Positions 18,063 through 28,548 of a stretch of 64,000 nucleotides of DNA are shown here, piece by piece. The translations under genes were made by a program, and so were the position numbers. Origin of the DNA: Prevotella sp. GTDB lineage: Bacteria > Bacteroidota > Bacteroidia > Bacteroidales > Bacteroidaceae. How positions within the stretch are numbered: the stretch's first letter is position 1; each line of letters begins with the position of its first letter. The notes under the pieces are model-generated. The model was not told the origin of the DNA, did no database searches, and saw nothing but the letters and a program-made list of their open reading frames with translations. The stretch covers positions 15,421 through 79,420 of the forward strand of contig JAFUVV010000016.1 of assembly GCA_017477435.1 (NCBI GenBank), written 5' to 3'.

Positions 18063-19625
18063 ATGAGGAAACTGTGTGTCTTTTTGTTTTCGTGGTTGAT
18101 GCTCCTACAGGGCACCTCGGCAGACATGAAGGAAAAAGGAGTCGACGTGTGCATCTATGGCGCCACTTCTGCCGGTGTGATAGCTGCCTACACGGCAAAG
18201 ATTCAGGGTAAATCGGTTTTGCTGATAGAGCCTACAGCCCGTATCGGAGGCTTATCGGCAGGTGGTTTGGGAGATACAGATATTGGTAAAGTGGATATCA
18301 TCCAAGGTTTTTCGCTTGGTTTCTACCAGAGAGTGGGCAGGAAATACGGAAAGGATGAGCCAGCCTTCAAGTTTGAACCCAGTGTGGCGCTTGCGGTGTA
18401 TAACGATTTCCTGAGTGAGGCTGGCGTGGAACCACTGATGCCATATCGCTTGCGTTCGGTTAAGAAGAAGGGAAACGTGATAAACAGTATCGTCGTTGAG
18501 AAGTCTGCTGACACCAAGGAGCGTGTGCGTATTTCGGCAAAAGTGTTTATCGACTGCTCCTATGAGGGCGATCTGATGGCGAAGTCGGGCGTCAGTTATA
18601 CCGTAGGACGCGAATCGAATGCGCAGTATGGTGAGATTTATGATGGAGTGCAGATGCTCGACAAGCACCAGTTCCCCGATGGCATTGATCCCTATAAGGT
18701 AAAAGGCGATCCCAAGAGCGGTTTGCTTTATGGTATCCTGAAGAGGAATATGGGAAAACGTGGCGATGCTGACAAGTGCGTTCAGGCTTACAATTACCGC
18801 ATCACACTGACCAACGATCCTTCTAATATGTTGCCCATCACAAAGCCCGAGAACTACGACCCCACGCGCTATGAGCTTCTGCTTCGGTGGAAAGAGTTGG
18901 CTCCTTGGAATTCTATCCGCGACTGTTTCGGTTGGAACCTGATGCCCAACAATAAGACAGACATCAACAATCGCGGAGCCTTCTCTACCGACATGATAGG
19001 TGAGAATTGGGATTATCCCGAGGCAAGTTATAAAAAGAGAGACAAGATACGCAAGGCTCACCTCGATTACACCTTGGGCCTGCTCTATTTTGTAGGTCAC
19101 GACGAGCGTGTTCCCGACAGCATCCGTAACAGCATGTTGGAGTGGGGGCTTCCCAAAGATGAATATCAAGAAACCGCTCACTTCACCTCGCAGATGTACA
19201 TCCGCGAAGCCCGACGTATGATAGGGCGCTATGTGATGACTGAAAACAACTGTCTGGGGCGCACCGATGTTGACGACTATGTGGGGTGGGCTGCCTACAA
19301 CATGGACTCCCACAACTGCGGTCGCTACGTGGTGGATGGCATGGTAAAGAACGAGGGCGACGTGCAGATTGGTTGTCCCAAGCCCTACAATGTGAGTTAC
19401 CGATCGATAACCCCTGTCGAGGCTGAGGCGAGCAATCTTCTTGTTCCGGTATGCCTGAGTGCCAGTCACATAGCTTATGGAAGCATTCGCATGGAGCCAG
19501 TCTTCATGGTTTTGGGCGAGAGTGCGGCCATAGCAGCTTGTCTGGCTATCGACAACCATCAGAATTGTGTCCAAAAGGTAAGTTCGACAGACGTGATGCA
19601 AAAGTTCTATGCGCTGAAGCCATAA
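18063..19625 (+). CDS. Secreted FAD-dependent oxidoreductase (FAD_oxidored-like)
   Basis: Start MRKLCVFL; DVCIYGATSAGVIAA, FIDCSYEGDLMA, YIREARR, SASHIAYGSIRMEP. Confidence 0.9.
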   Translation: MRKLCVFLFSWLMLLQGTSADMKEKGVDVCIYGATSAGVIAAYTAKIQGKSVLLIEPTARIGGLSAGGLGDTDIGKVDIIQGFSLGFYQRVGRKYGKDEPAFKFEPSVALAVYNDFLSEAGVEPLMPYRLRSVKKKGNVINSIVVEKSADTKERVRISAKVFIDCSYEGDLMAKSGVSYTVGRESNAQYGEIYDGVQMLDKHQFPDGIDPYKVKGDPKSGLLYGILKRNMGKRGDADKCVQAYNYRITLTNDPSNMLPITKPENYDPTRYELLLRWKELAPWNSIRDCFGWNLMPNNKTDINNRGAFSTDMIGENWDYPEASYKKRDKIRKAHLDYTLGLLYFVGHDERVPDSIRNSMLEWGLPKDEYQETAHFTSQMYIREARRMIGRYVMTENNCLGRTDVDDYVGWAAYNMDSHNCGRYVVDGMVKNEGDVQIGCPKPYNVSYRSITPVEAEASNLLVPVCLSASHIAYGSIRMEPVFMVLGESAAIAACLAIDNHQNCVQKVSSTDVMQKFYALKP

Positions 19626-19871
19626 CCGTCGCTTTAGCGCTGCTTTATGCAAAAGACGCTTTATTTTTGCGTCAAATAAGGCGAAAACCTTTGCGGAATC
19701 ACAAAAAAGTATTATTTTTGCACACAAATGATAGGTGTCAATACCTAAATATAATTATTTTGGGCCGCTGCCGTGCTTTTGGAAAGTGAGTGGTGGCACA
19801 GAATTTTTGCGCTGAAAAAGAATACTACTATAGACTATAATTTAATTAAATAATTTAAAAATCAATCATTT

Positions 19872-20573
19872 ATGTGGTTAATCAATTCATCAATCGGTAG
19901 AAAAGTAGTAATGTCGGTCACCGGCGTTGCGCTTATTCTATTCCTGACATTCCACATGTGCATGAACGTTGTGGCTTTGTTCTCGGGCGAGGCATACAAC
20001 ACTATCTGCGCTTTGCTGGGTGCTAACTGGTATGCAGTAGTAGCTACACTGGGCTTGGCCTTCCTGGCTGTTGTCCACATTGTGTATGCCTTCCTGCTCA
20101 CCATGCAGAACCGCAAGGCCCGCGGTGTACAACGCTATGCAGTGACGGCAAAGCCGGCAAAGGTGGAATGGGCGTCTCAGAACATGCTCGTGCTGGGTAT
20201 CATCATCCTGCTCGGCTTGCTTCTCCATCTCTTTAACTTCTGGTACAACATGATGTTTGCCGAACTATTCCATATCGCAACTCCACTGGAGCCCACCGAT
20301 GGATTCGGACTCATCCAGCAGACATTCTCGTGCCCACTCTATGTTGTGCTCTATGTCATCTGGATCGTTGCCATCTGGTTCCACTTGAGTCACGGCTTCT
20401 GGAGCGCCATGCAGACACTTGGCATCAGCGGCAAGGTATGGTTCAACCGTTGGAAGTGCATCGGACTCATCTACGTAACCCTTCTCATGTTGGGCTTCCT
20501 CGCAGTGGTTCTCGCCTTCGCATTCGGTGTGGCACCAAGCCTATGTGGCGGTGCTGCCTGCTGCGCGGCTTGA
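19872..20573 (+). CDS. sdhC: Succinate dehydrogenase/fumarate reductase cytochrome b subunit
   Basis: SSIGRKVVMSVTG; TM helices with heme-ligand His; first gene of the operon. Confidence 0.95.
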   Translation: MWLINSSIGRKVVMSVTGVALILFLTFHMCMNVVALFSGEAYNTICALLGANWYAVVATLGLAFLAVVHIVYAFLLTMQNRKARGVQRYAVTAKPAKVEWASQNMLVLGIIILLGLLLHLFNFWYNMMFAELFHIATPLEPTDGFGLIQQTFSCPLYVVLYVIWIVAIWFHLSHGFWSAMQTLGISGKVWFNRWKCIGLIYVTLLMLGFLAVVLAFAFGVAPSLCGGAACCAA

Positions 20574-20617
20574 TTTTCGGTTATCAGTTTTCAATGATTA
20601 CTATTTGAGAAAAGATT

Positions 20618-22600
20618 ATGACAAAGCAATTAAATTCAAGAATACCAGAGGGACCAGTTGCTGAGAAATGGACCAACTACAAGGCTCACCAGCGCTTGGT
20701 AAACCCAAAGAACAAGCTTAAGCTCGACGTTATCGTTGTTGGTACCGGTCTTGCAGGTGCTTCTGCAGCCTCTACACTCGCCGAGATGGGCTTCAATGTG
20801 TTTAATTTCTGTATTCAGGACTCACCGCGCCGCGCTCACTCTATCGCAGCACAGGGAGGTATCAATGCTGCCAAGTGCTATCAAAACGACGGCGACTCTG
20901 TCTATCGTCTGTTCTACGACACAGTGAAAGGCGGCGACTATCGTGCCCGTGAGGCCAACGTCTACCGTCTGGCTGAGGTGTCGAACAATATCATTGACCA
21001 GTGTGTGGCACAGGGAGTGCCCTTCGCACGCGAGTATGGCGGCATGCTTGCCAACCGCTCCTTCGGCGGCGCACAGGTGTCGCGCACATTCTATGCAAAA
21101 GGTCAGACCGGCCAGCAGCTGCTCCTCGGCGCATACTCATCATTGATGTGCCAGGTGAATGCCGGCAAGGTGAAGCTCTATACACGCTACGAGATGGAAG
21201 ATGTGGTCATCGTTGATGGTCGCGCACGTGGTATCATTGCCAAGAATCTCGTAACGGGTAAGCTTGAGCGCTTCTCTGCAAATGCAGTGGTAATCGGCAC
21301 TGGTGGCTACGGAAACACATACTTCCTCTCCACCAACGCCATGGGATGTAACTGCACGGCAGCCGTACAGTGCTACCGCAAGGGTGCTATGTTTGCAAAC
21401 CCATCGTATGTGCAGATCCACCCAACATGTATTCCCGTCCACGGCGACAAGCAGTCGAAGCTTACCCTTATGTCGGAGTCGCTCCGCAACGACGGCCGCA
21501 TCTGGGTGCCTAAGAAGCTCGAGGACGCCAAGAAGCTGCAGCGTGGAGAGATAAAGGGCAGCGATATTCCCGAAGAAGACCGCGACTACTATCTCGAGCG
21601 CCGTTATCCTGCATTCGGTAACCTCGTGCCACGCGACGTTGCCAGCCGTGCAGCTAAGGAGCGTTGCGACAAGGGCTATGGCGTAAACAACACAGGTCTT
21701 GCCGTGTTCCTCGACTTCTCCGAGTCGATAGAGCGCCTTGGTATCGACCAGGTGCTGCAGCGCTATGGCAACCTCTTCGACATGTATGAAGAGATTACCG
21801 ACGTTAACCCTGGCGAACTGGCAAACGAGATCAATGGCGTGAAGTACTACAACCCGATGATGATCTTCCCTGCTGTTCACTACACAATGGGCGGCATCTG
21901 GGTAGACTACGAACTGCAGACCACCATCAAGGGCCTCTTCGCAATCGGCGAGTGCAACTTCTCCGACCACGGTGCAAACCGTCTTGGTGCTTCCGCCCTT
22001 ATGCAGGGACTGGCCGATGGATACTTCGTACTGCCTTACACAATACAGAACTACCTCGCCGACCAGGAAGTATGGCCGAAGGTGTCTGTTGATCGTCCCG
22101 AGTTCGACGAAGCTGAAAAGGGCGTGGAGAAAGAAATCGACCGACTGATGAACATCCACGGCAAGCGCTCTGTCGACTCCATCCACAAGGAGCTCGGCCA
22201 CATCATGTGGGAGCATGTCGGCATGGGTCGCACGGCAGAAGGACTGAAGGAAGGCCTCGAGCTCATCAAGAAACTCAAGAAGGAGTTCGACACCAACCTC
22301 TTCATTCCCGGCAAGAAAGAAGGACTCAACACCGAGCTCGACAAGGCTATCCACCTGCGCGACTTCATTCTCATGGGTCAGCTCGTGGCCTTCGACGCTC
22401 TCTCTCGCAACGAGTCGTGCGGCGGACACTTCCGTGAGGAATACCAGACCGAGGAAGGCGAAGCCAAGCGTGATGATGAAAACTACTTCTACGTGGGATG
22501 CTGGGAGTATCAGGGCGACGACACTATCGCCCCAGAGCTCGTAAAAGAACCACTGGAGTATGAGGCAATCAAAGTACAAACACGTAACTATAAGAATTAG
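20618..22600 (+). CDS. sdhA: Succinate dehydrogenase/fumarate reductase flavoprotein subunit
   Basis: [46 protein letters not shown]. Confidence 0.97.
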   Translation: MTKQLNSRIPEGPVAEKWTNYKAHQRLVNPKNKLKLDVIVVGTGLAGASAASTLAEMGFNVFNFCIQDSPRRAHSIAAQGGINAAKCYQNDGDSVYRLFYDTVKGGDYRAREANVYRLAEVSNNIIDQCVAQGVPFAREYGGMLANRSFGGAQVSRTFYAKGQTGQQLLLGAYSSLMCQVNAGKVKLYTRYEMEDVVIVDGRARGIIAKNLVTGKLERFSANAVVIGTGGYGNTYFLSTNAMGCNCTAAVQCYRKGAMFANPSYVQIHPTCIPVHGDKQSKLTLMSESLRNDGRIWVPKKLEDAKKLQRGEIKGSDIPEEDRDYYLERRYPAFGNLVPRDVASRAAKERCDKGYGVNNTGLAVFLDFSESIERLGIDQVLQRYGNLFDMYEEITDVNPGELANEINGVKYYNPMMIFPAVHYTMGGIWVDYELQTTIKGLFAIGECNFSDHGANRLGASALMQGLADGYFVLPYTIQNYLADQEVWPKVSVDRPEFDEAEKGVEKEIDRLMNIHGKRSVDSIHKELGHIMWEHVGMGRTAEGLKEGLELIKKLKKEFDTNLFIPGKKEGLNTELDKAIHLRDFILMGQLVAFDALSRNESCGGHFREEYQTEEGEAKRDDENYFYVGCWEYQGDDTIAPELVKEPLEYEAIKVQTRNYKN

Positions 22601-22606
22601 TAGAAT

Positions 22607-23362
22607 ATGGCTAAGACAATATCATTCACATTGAAATATTGGAAACAGAACGGTCCACGTGAGAAGGGTCACTTCGATACACGCGAGATGAAGGACATCC
22701 CCGACGACACCTCGTTCCTCGAGATGCTCGACATTCTCAACGAAGAACTCATCAACGAAGGCAAGGAGCCGTTCGTGTTCGATCATGATTGCCGCGAGGG
22801 AATCTGCGGTATGTGCTCACTCTATATCAACGGTCACCCCCACGGGCCTGCAACAGGTGCCACGACCTGCCAACTCTACATGCGCCGCTTCCACGACGGC
22901 GACGTCATCACAGTAGAGCCATGGCGTTCGGCTGCCTTCCCCGTGATAAAAGACTGTATGGTCGACCGCGGTGCTTTCGACAAGATTATCGCCGCTGGTG
23001 GCTACAACACCATCCGCACCGGACAGGCACAGGATGCCAACGCAATCCTCATTCCTAAGGAGAATGCCGACGAAGCCATGGACGCCGCCACCTGCATAGG
23101 CTGCGGCTGCTGCGTGGCTGCATGTAAGAACGGCTCTGCTATGCTGTTCGTATCGTCGAAGGTATCCCAGCTCGCACTGCTGCCTCAGGGTCGTCCCGAG
23201 GCTGCTAAGCGTGCAAAGGCAATGGTCATGAAGATGGAAGAGCTCGGCTTCGGCAACTGCACTAATACACGTGCCTGCGAAGCTGAATGCCCGAAGAACG
23301 AATCAATAGCCAACATCGCCCGCCTGAACCGCGAGTTCATAAAGGCAAAGCTGGCCGACTGA
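22607..23362 (+). CDS. sdhB: Succinate dehydrogenase/fumarate reductase Fe-S subunit
   Basis: [33 protein letters not shown]. Confidence 0.97.
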   Translation: MAKTISFTLKYWKQNGPREKGHFDTREMKDIPDDTSFLEMLDILNEELINEGKEPFVFDHDCREGICGMCSLYINGHPHGPATGATTCQLYMRRFHDGDVITVEPWRSAAFPVIKDCMVDRGAFDKIIAAGGYNTIRTGQAQDANAILIPKENADEAMDAATCIGCGCCVAACKNGSAMLFVSSKVSQLALLPQGRPEAAKRAKAMVMKMEELGFGNCTNTRACEAECPKNESIANIARLNREFIKAKLAD

Positions 23363-23373
23363 TAACTCATCCG

Positions 23374-23419
23374 GCAGCCGCCCTGCTATTTTTCCTATAG
23401 CGGGGTGGCTGTTTTGTTT
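23374..23419 (+). terminator. Rho-independent terminator of the sdh/frd operon
   Basis: GCAGCCGCCCTGCTAT ... ATAGCGGGGTGGCTGT followed by a T-rich tail. Confidence 0.8.
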
Positions 23420-23482
23420 ATTTTATTATGAAAAGCAGAAAAGTTCTGCTCAAAAGTATATAGGTTTTCTAAGAACGGATAA

Positions 23483-24520
23483 ATGAGAAAGCTTGTTTTT
23501 TCTTTAGTTGCTATATTCTTTTCCTTTCATAGCAACGCACAGACCACGACATTTGCAACAGAAACGACCGATTCGTTGATAAACGTGATTGCATACTTCT
23601 GCAAGAACGACAGTCTTGAATATGTAATGAACGAGGGCGAAGTGAATATTGAGGCTGGTGATACAACGATCTCCGACAGGACAGAACAGCGGTTCCGCAT
23701 CGTTGTGTTGGATTCCACAAGCAACGGGTATAAAATGGAACTTATCCCACTCAGCTATGAGTACGAAGAAAGCGGCGACAAGACAGAAGTTGCTATCAAC
23801 AAAATAGCAGCAGCGACATATAAAGATTTTCACACCATTTTCACTACTGACGAGTATGGCAGAATCGAGCACATAGAAAACTGGAAGGAAATACGCGACA
23901 TTTCCAATTCTGCTACAAAGAGGGTATGCGACAGTCTCTATGCGATGGAGCCCGACATGGAGACATATTTACCCCGAAAGCGTTTCGAAAGCTTAATGAA
24001 ATCCATGTTATCTACGGAAGACAAAATACTCAATTCCTACTCCGAGCTGACGATGCTTTTCTCGTGTCATGGTAAAGCTTTTCCTATAGGTAAGAAGGTT
24101 GCCGACGACACCAGCGAAAGTGGATATCCTCAGCACACGGAGGTTGTGGCAAGCTATGGAAGCTATGAAGAAGAATACGGCTTCGAAGACGACTTTTATG
24201 TGAGCTTTGCCGCAGAAGAGAGCATTCCGGCGAAAGATGCTGTAGACATCGTTTCTAATTTCGTAGGAATAATAATTGACAAAGATTTAGACGCAGAAGC
24301 AAAAGACAAGTTGGTCGATGAAGCCAAGTCCGACATGAAGAGAATCTCCGTTGAAGACAATTATTTCTTCTTCAACGGCTGGCCGTGCAAGGTACTGAAG
24401 AACGACACCACCGAATGGGAAGGTGTGAAAAAGATTAAATACTCAACCATCCAATGGGCAAAACGTTCGTGGGGTAACTTTGAGCAACCGTCGAACACCA
24501 GTCCCAACAAAGAGCTTTAA
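23483..24520 (+). CDS. Hypothetical secreted acidic protein
   Basis: 345-aa ORF with Sec signal ending HSNA-Q; no recognised motif. Confidence 0.8.
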   Translation: MRKLVFSLVAIFFSFHSNAQTTTFATETTDSLINVIAYFCKNDSLEYVMNEGEVNIEAGDTTISDRTEQRFRIVVLDSTSNGYKMELIPLSYEYEESGDKTEVAINKIAAATYKDFHTIFTTDEYGRIEHIENWKEIRDISNSATKRVCDSLYAMEPDMETYLPRKRFESLMKSMLSTEDKILNSYSELTMLFSCHGKAFPIGKKVADDTSESGYPQHTEVVASYGSYEEEYGFEDDFYVSFAAEESIPAKDAVDIVSNFVGIIIDKDLDAEAKDKLVDEAKSDMKRISVEDNYFFFNGWPCKVLKNDTTEWEGVKKIKYSTIQWAKRSWGNFEQPSNTSPNKEL

Positions 24521-24605
24521 GCAGAGAAGCATTTTTTACATTCACCCGCAGACGCATCCCGTCAGGCTGTAACCCCACGTTACAGTCAGCCGTAAGATGT
24601 CTTTT

Positions 24606-24705
24606 CTGCGACAGTACATGGTTCATGTACTTGGAGTACAAAGGCCATGTACTGCGAGTACAACGTTCTTGTACTTCGAGTACAAAGGCCATGTACTGTT
24701 GTCAG
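24606..24705. repeat. Array of four 22-bp palindromic units, GTAC variant (AGTACA-N7-TGTACT), with imperfect terminal IR
   Basis: Units at 24613, 24635, 24657, 24679; spacers TGGTTCA, AAGGCCA, ACGTTCT, AAGGCCA. Confidence 0.92.
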
Positions 24706-24802
24706 TGTTTGCGATTGAATCTCTGTGAAATCTTTGAAATCTGTGGTTAAAAAACTCTTTGTTTGAAATCTTTTTCGTAATTTCGCCGCAGATAGAGAAG
24801 AG

Positions 24803-25801
24803 ATGGAGAAGAGAAAGTTGTGGATTGATCAGATGCGGGGGCTCTGTATGATTGCCATTCTGTGGTTTCATACGGAGATGTACTTCGTTGGCAGCGAGGT
24901 GACTCCCTACGCTTTGTACGTGCAAGATGCGCTGGCAGGATTCTTCTTTCTTTCCGGTTATCTTTTCTGGCGCGACGAGCCGGAGAGTCTGAGGCATCGT
25001 CTCATCAGCATCTTCCGGTGGCTCGTGGTGCCTTATTTCTTTTTCACGACGCTGATAGCTATTCCTAAGGTATTTGTCTACGGCCGTTACGACGGTCTTC
25101 TTCCGATTGCCGGGAAGATTCTCTGCGGTCATGCTTCGTGGTTTGTTGCTGCGCTTATAGTGGCCGAGGTGTTGTTTGCCTTGTCGCAGCGCCTGTTTCG
25201 TGGCCGGTTGCTGCCGATGGGTCTGCTGGCTGTGGCGGCGATGGTAGCGGCGCATTTCGTGGGCAACGAATACGCTCCGACGCCGTTATATAACAAGACA
25301 AACTTCTGGTCGGTGAACGAGGCCCTGCTGGCTTTCTTCTTCCTCTTTGCCGGCTATGCGTACCACTGTTATGAAAAGGCCGTGGAACGACAGCCGTGGC
25401 GGTGGCTCGCCGTGGCGTTGCTGTTGATGCTCGTAGTGCTGAAAGCGTTGATTCTGCGTGGCGATGAAAAGATGATCTTCGGCACTATCTGCACGAGCTG
25501 TTATCCGCTTTTCATCCTCGACATGATAGTCTCCGTGCTTTTCATGGTGACGATAATGAAACGCCTCCCTCGCGTGGCGTTCCTCGAGTGGACGGGCAGC
25601 CACTCCCTCGTGTATTATTTCTTCTGCGGCGGAGTGCCCTTGGTCGTGTCGATGATGCTTGAGAGGGTAGGCTTTGCCTACAGCGGACTGCCGTCGCTCG
25701 CCGTAGCTTTCGTTCTTGTCTATCTCCTCGCCACCGCCGTGGCCTTCCTCTTCTATCGCTACACCACCATCGTCAGGCGTCCGGCGGGAGTCAGCGGCTG
25801 A
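24803..25801 (+). CDS. Acyltransferase-3 family membrane O-acyltransferase
   Basis: WIDQMRGLCMIAILWFH, FFFLSGYLF, WFVAAL, SLVYY; multiple TM helices. Confidence 0.88.
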   Translation: MEKRKLWIDQMRGLCMIAILWFHTEMYFVGSEVTPYALYVQDALAGFFFLSGYLFWRDEPESLRHRLISIFRWLVVPYFFFTTLIAIPKVFVYGRYDGLLPIAGKILCGHASWFVAALIVAEVLFALSQRLFRGRLLPMGLLAVAAMVAAHFVGNEYAPTPLYNKTNFWSVNEALLAFFFLFAGYAYHCYEKAVERQPWRWLAVALLLMLVVLKALILRGDEKMIFGTICTSCYPLFILDMIVSVLFMVTIMKRLPRVAFLEWTGSHSLVYYFFCGGVPLVVSMMLERVGFAYSGLPSLAVAFVLVYLLATAVAFLFYRYTTIVRRPAGVSG

Positions 25802-28481
25802 TGTCGACTACCACTTCGGGCGTGTTCCATGCCTTTACCCTCATTGTAAGAACTTTGTTTTCGGGCAACATCGTGTCCATTACGACTTCGCGTCTTTCGC
25901 CGGGAAGGAGGCAGAAGAAGTTGTCGGTGAAGAACGTAGGTCTGACGGGTCTGCCGTCGCACGTGAGCTGCAGTTGAGTGAAAAACGCAATGTTCCTGCC
26001 TGTGTTCCTTATCGTCAGACGTGCGTATTGTCGTCCTCCTTCTGTCCATGTCTTGCTCTTCACAGCCAGTTTGCTTTGCTTCAGCTTTGCCAGACTCTCA
26101 AATCCCGACGTTGCGGGGCCGGTGAGAGTCTTGCGACCCTCGTACTTGTCGTTCGACCGCCAGTAGAAGTTGTCCGACACCTTGTTTCCTTTGTCATCGG
26201 TCAGAGCGAGGTGTATGAAGTGCACCTGTGAGATGTTTTTCGGGAAGTCGATTGCAAAAACATCGTTCACCACGCCGTCTTCCGGTATATCCACTTTCAT
26301 TGTCTTGCTCCATACCTTTCTACTGTCGATGTCGTACACGTCGGCTGCGACGCTATACGCTTTATATTCCTTGTAGTGTTCGTTGTAAACGCTTACGGTG
26401 TTTTTCAAGTAGTCGAACTGCGCGTGCAGAGGCTGCAGGCTGTTCTGAGCGTAGTAGAGAGATGCTGTAGGCTCGAGGAAATAGTCGTAGAAGCGTCCGC
26501 ACACCTGCCACACCGGACAGTTGTGATACCAGAAGAGCAGTCCCGAGGCATAGCGGTCGCCGTAGTCATATTTGTTGTAGTTCCACGTTTCCCATATCGA
26601 CTTCATGTTCATCGCTCCGACACACTGTCCTTTCTGCGAGAACTCCTCTATCGATGCCGACGGGCCGTACATGTTTGTCAGCTGCGTGTACATTGTCGTC
26701 ATCAGATGGAATCCGCCTCCGTCGTGATAGTCCCACACCTCCTTATTCATCGGCCAGAGGTCTTCCTCGTCCATCATCTCTCTTAGCGATTCGGCGAGAG
26801 GTATAGTCGGCGCTCCGTATTCGGGGTTGAACCCGTCGATGCGACTGCCTCTGTCGGAGGCTGTGTTCTCGTAGTTCTGCATGGGGTTCACCTGTTTATA
26901 CGGGCTTCCGTCGTGTATACCGTCGCACTCCGACTGCATCTGATATCCTCTTGTGCCGTCGAGGCGCATTATCGTTTCGCGTGCTCCCTGCATCTCTGTG
27001 CTCTCGTTCGACGACACATAGTATGCCAGCGCCGGATGGTTGCGCAGTCGCTTCACCGTGGCTTCTACGTTGGCAAGGTATGTCGCCCTGTCGTTGGGGT
27101 GTTTTGTGTCGCCCGTCATCCAGAACTCCGTCCATACGAGCAGCCCCATCTCGTCGCAGAGCTGATAGAAATAGTCCGATTCGGCAATGCCGCCACCCCA
27201 GAGACGTATGAGGTTTATGCCCGTCTGACGGGTGTATCGTAGTTCGGCGTACATGCGCTCATCGTTGCTTCGCAGCATGGCCTCGGGTATCCAGTTGGTG
27301 CCGCGTATAAAAATTCTCTTGCCGTTGACGTAGAACTGTCTTGAATGGTCGGGAGTGTTCTGGTCGGATGTTATCTCTCTTATACCAAACCGAGTGTCGC
27401 TCTCATCGCTCACTACTCCGTCTACCATGGTCTCCATGTGTAGGTCGTACATTTCCTGCCTTCCTTTGTTTACGGGCCACCACAGACGCGGATTGTCAAT
27501 GACGAGCTGCCGATATTCGTCGGCTGTGAATACCACCTCCTGTGTCTCGCCGCGAAACAGTTTCACGTTCTTTTCAAACGTAATGCCAGTGCCTTTTATT
27601 TCTCCTTTCACCCGGCAGTCAAGCGTTCCCATTGTGGTGTTGCTCACTTCTACGCTCACCGTCGTCATTGCCTGGTCGTAGGCAGGGTGTCGCAATGCTG
27701 TCTTCACAAAAGGATGACGCATCACTGCCTTGCCGGTAGCATATATGCTTATGCTTTTCCAGATGCCAGTGTTTCTGTCGCGTATGCCGTCGCCGAAGGT
27801 GAAATCCCATCCCACGCTCATCAGCATCGTGGTGTTAAGTCCGATATTCCCGTCGCCGCCATTGTGATATTCACCGTTTGCCGCACCCCAGTCTTTATAG
27901 GCTATTGTTCCTGGTACGTCGACTGGCATCACTTTCACGGCCAGGGCATTCTCTCCGCCAATCTTGGCCACGTCGGTGATATCGATATATTCCTCTTTGA
28001 ACATTCCTTTCATCGATGCCATCAGTCTGCCGTTCACCCATATCTCTGCCCTGTAGTTTATGCCGTCAACCTGCATCCATACCCTCTTGCCTTTGTAGTC
28101 CTCGGGCACGTTGAACACCGTGCGCCACCAATAGGTGTAGAAGTCACGCCCTGTGATGGCAATGTCTGGAACGACACCATTGTTTATCTCGTTGTTCATC
28201 CCGTAGTATGGTTCTGGTACGACGTTGTTTGCCACGAGCGAGTTGAGCACCGTCCCAGGTACGATGGCGGGCATCCAGTCATCGGCATTATAGCCGACAG
28301 TCGATATCTCTTCGCCGCCTGTGTTCACGTCGCCGGCCTTTTTCATTGTCCACGTTTGTCGTCCGTTGTGGCCTGTCTGAGAATCGAGATAGATACGGTC
28401 GCTTCTCCGAGCGTCGTTCTGAGGCTGTGCCATTGTGCACAGAGAAAACAGTAATACCGAAAGAAAAGAAAATGTCTTCAT
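25791..28481 (-). CDS. GH2 glycoside hydrolase (beta-mannosidase/exo-glucosaminidase-like)
   Basis: PAIVPGTV, DGINYRAEIWVNG, PRLWWP, FGIR, IRLWGGG, LRNHPAL..SSNE, NPEYG. Confidence 0.9.
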   Translation of the reverse strand: MKTFSFLSVLLFSLCTMAQPQNDARRSDRIYLDSQTGHNGRQTWTMKKAGDVNTGGEEISTVGYNADDWMPAIVPGTVLNSLVANNVVPEPYYGMNNEINNGVVPDIAITGRDFYTYWWRTVFNVPEDYKGKRVWMQVDGINYRAEIWVNGRLMASMKGMFKEEYIDITDVAKIGGENALAVKVMPVDVPGTIAYKDWGAANGEYHNGGDGNIGLNTTMLMSVGWDFTFGDGIRDRNTGIWKSISIYATGKAVMRHPFVKTALRHPAYDQAMTTVSVEVSNTTMGTLDCRVKGEIKGTGITFEKNVKLFRGETQEVVFTADEYRQLVIDNPRLWWPVNKGRQEMYDLHMETMVDGVVSDESDTRFGIREITSDQNTPDHSRQFYVNGKRIFIRGTNWIPEAMLRSNDERMYAELRYTRQTGINLIRLWGGGIAESDYFYQLCDEMGLLVWTEFWMTGDTKHPNDRATYLANVEATVKRLRNHPALAYYVSSNESTEMQGARETIMRLDGTRGYQMQSECDGIHDGSPYKQVNPMQNYENTASDRGSRIDGFNPEYGAPTIPLAESLREMMDEEDLWPMNKEVWDYHDGGGFHLMTTMYTQLTNMYGPSASIEEFSQKGQCVGAMNMKSIWETWNYNKYDYGDRYASGLLFWYHNCPVWQVCGRFYDYFLEPTASLYYAQNSLQPLHAQFDYLKNTVSVYNEHYKEYKAYSVAADVYDIDSRKVWSKTMKVDIPEDGVVNDVFAIDFPKNISQVHFIHLALTDDKGNKVSDNFYWRSNDKYEGRKTLTGPATSGFESLAKLKQSKLAVKSKTWTEGGRQYARLTIRNTGRNIAFFTQLQLTCDGRPVRPTFFTDNFFCLLPGERREVVMDTMLPENKVLTMRVKAWNTPEVVVDISR

Positions 28482-28548
28482 TGAGCAGATGGAATAGGAG
28501 TGATGGATTGCTTGTGAATATTGTTTGTATTTGATTAAAAAATTCAGC

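Noticed and set aside
24435-24692. Small ORFs with similar STWPLYS-type peptides (also 44564-44954 and the upstream extension of the LOG ORF)
   Set aside because: The similarity comes from translating the GTAC repeat arrays; the ORFs overlap real genes and lack consistent starts
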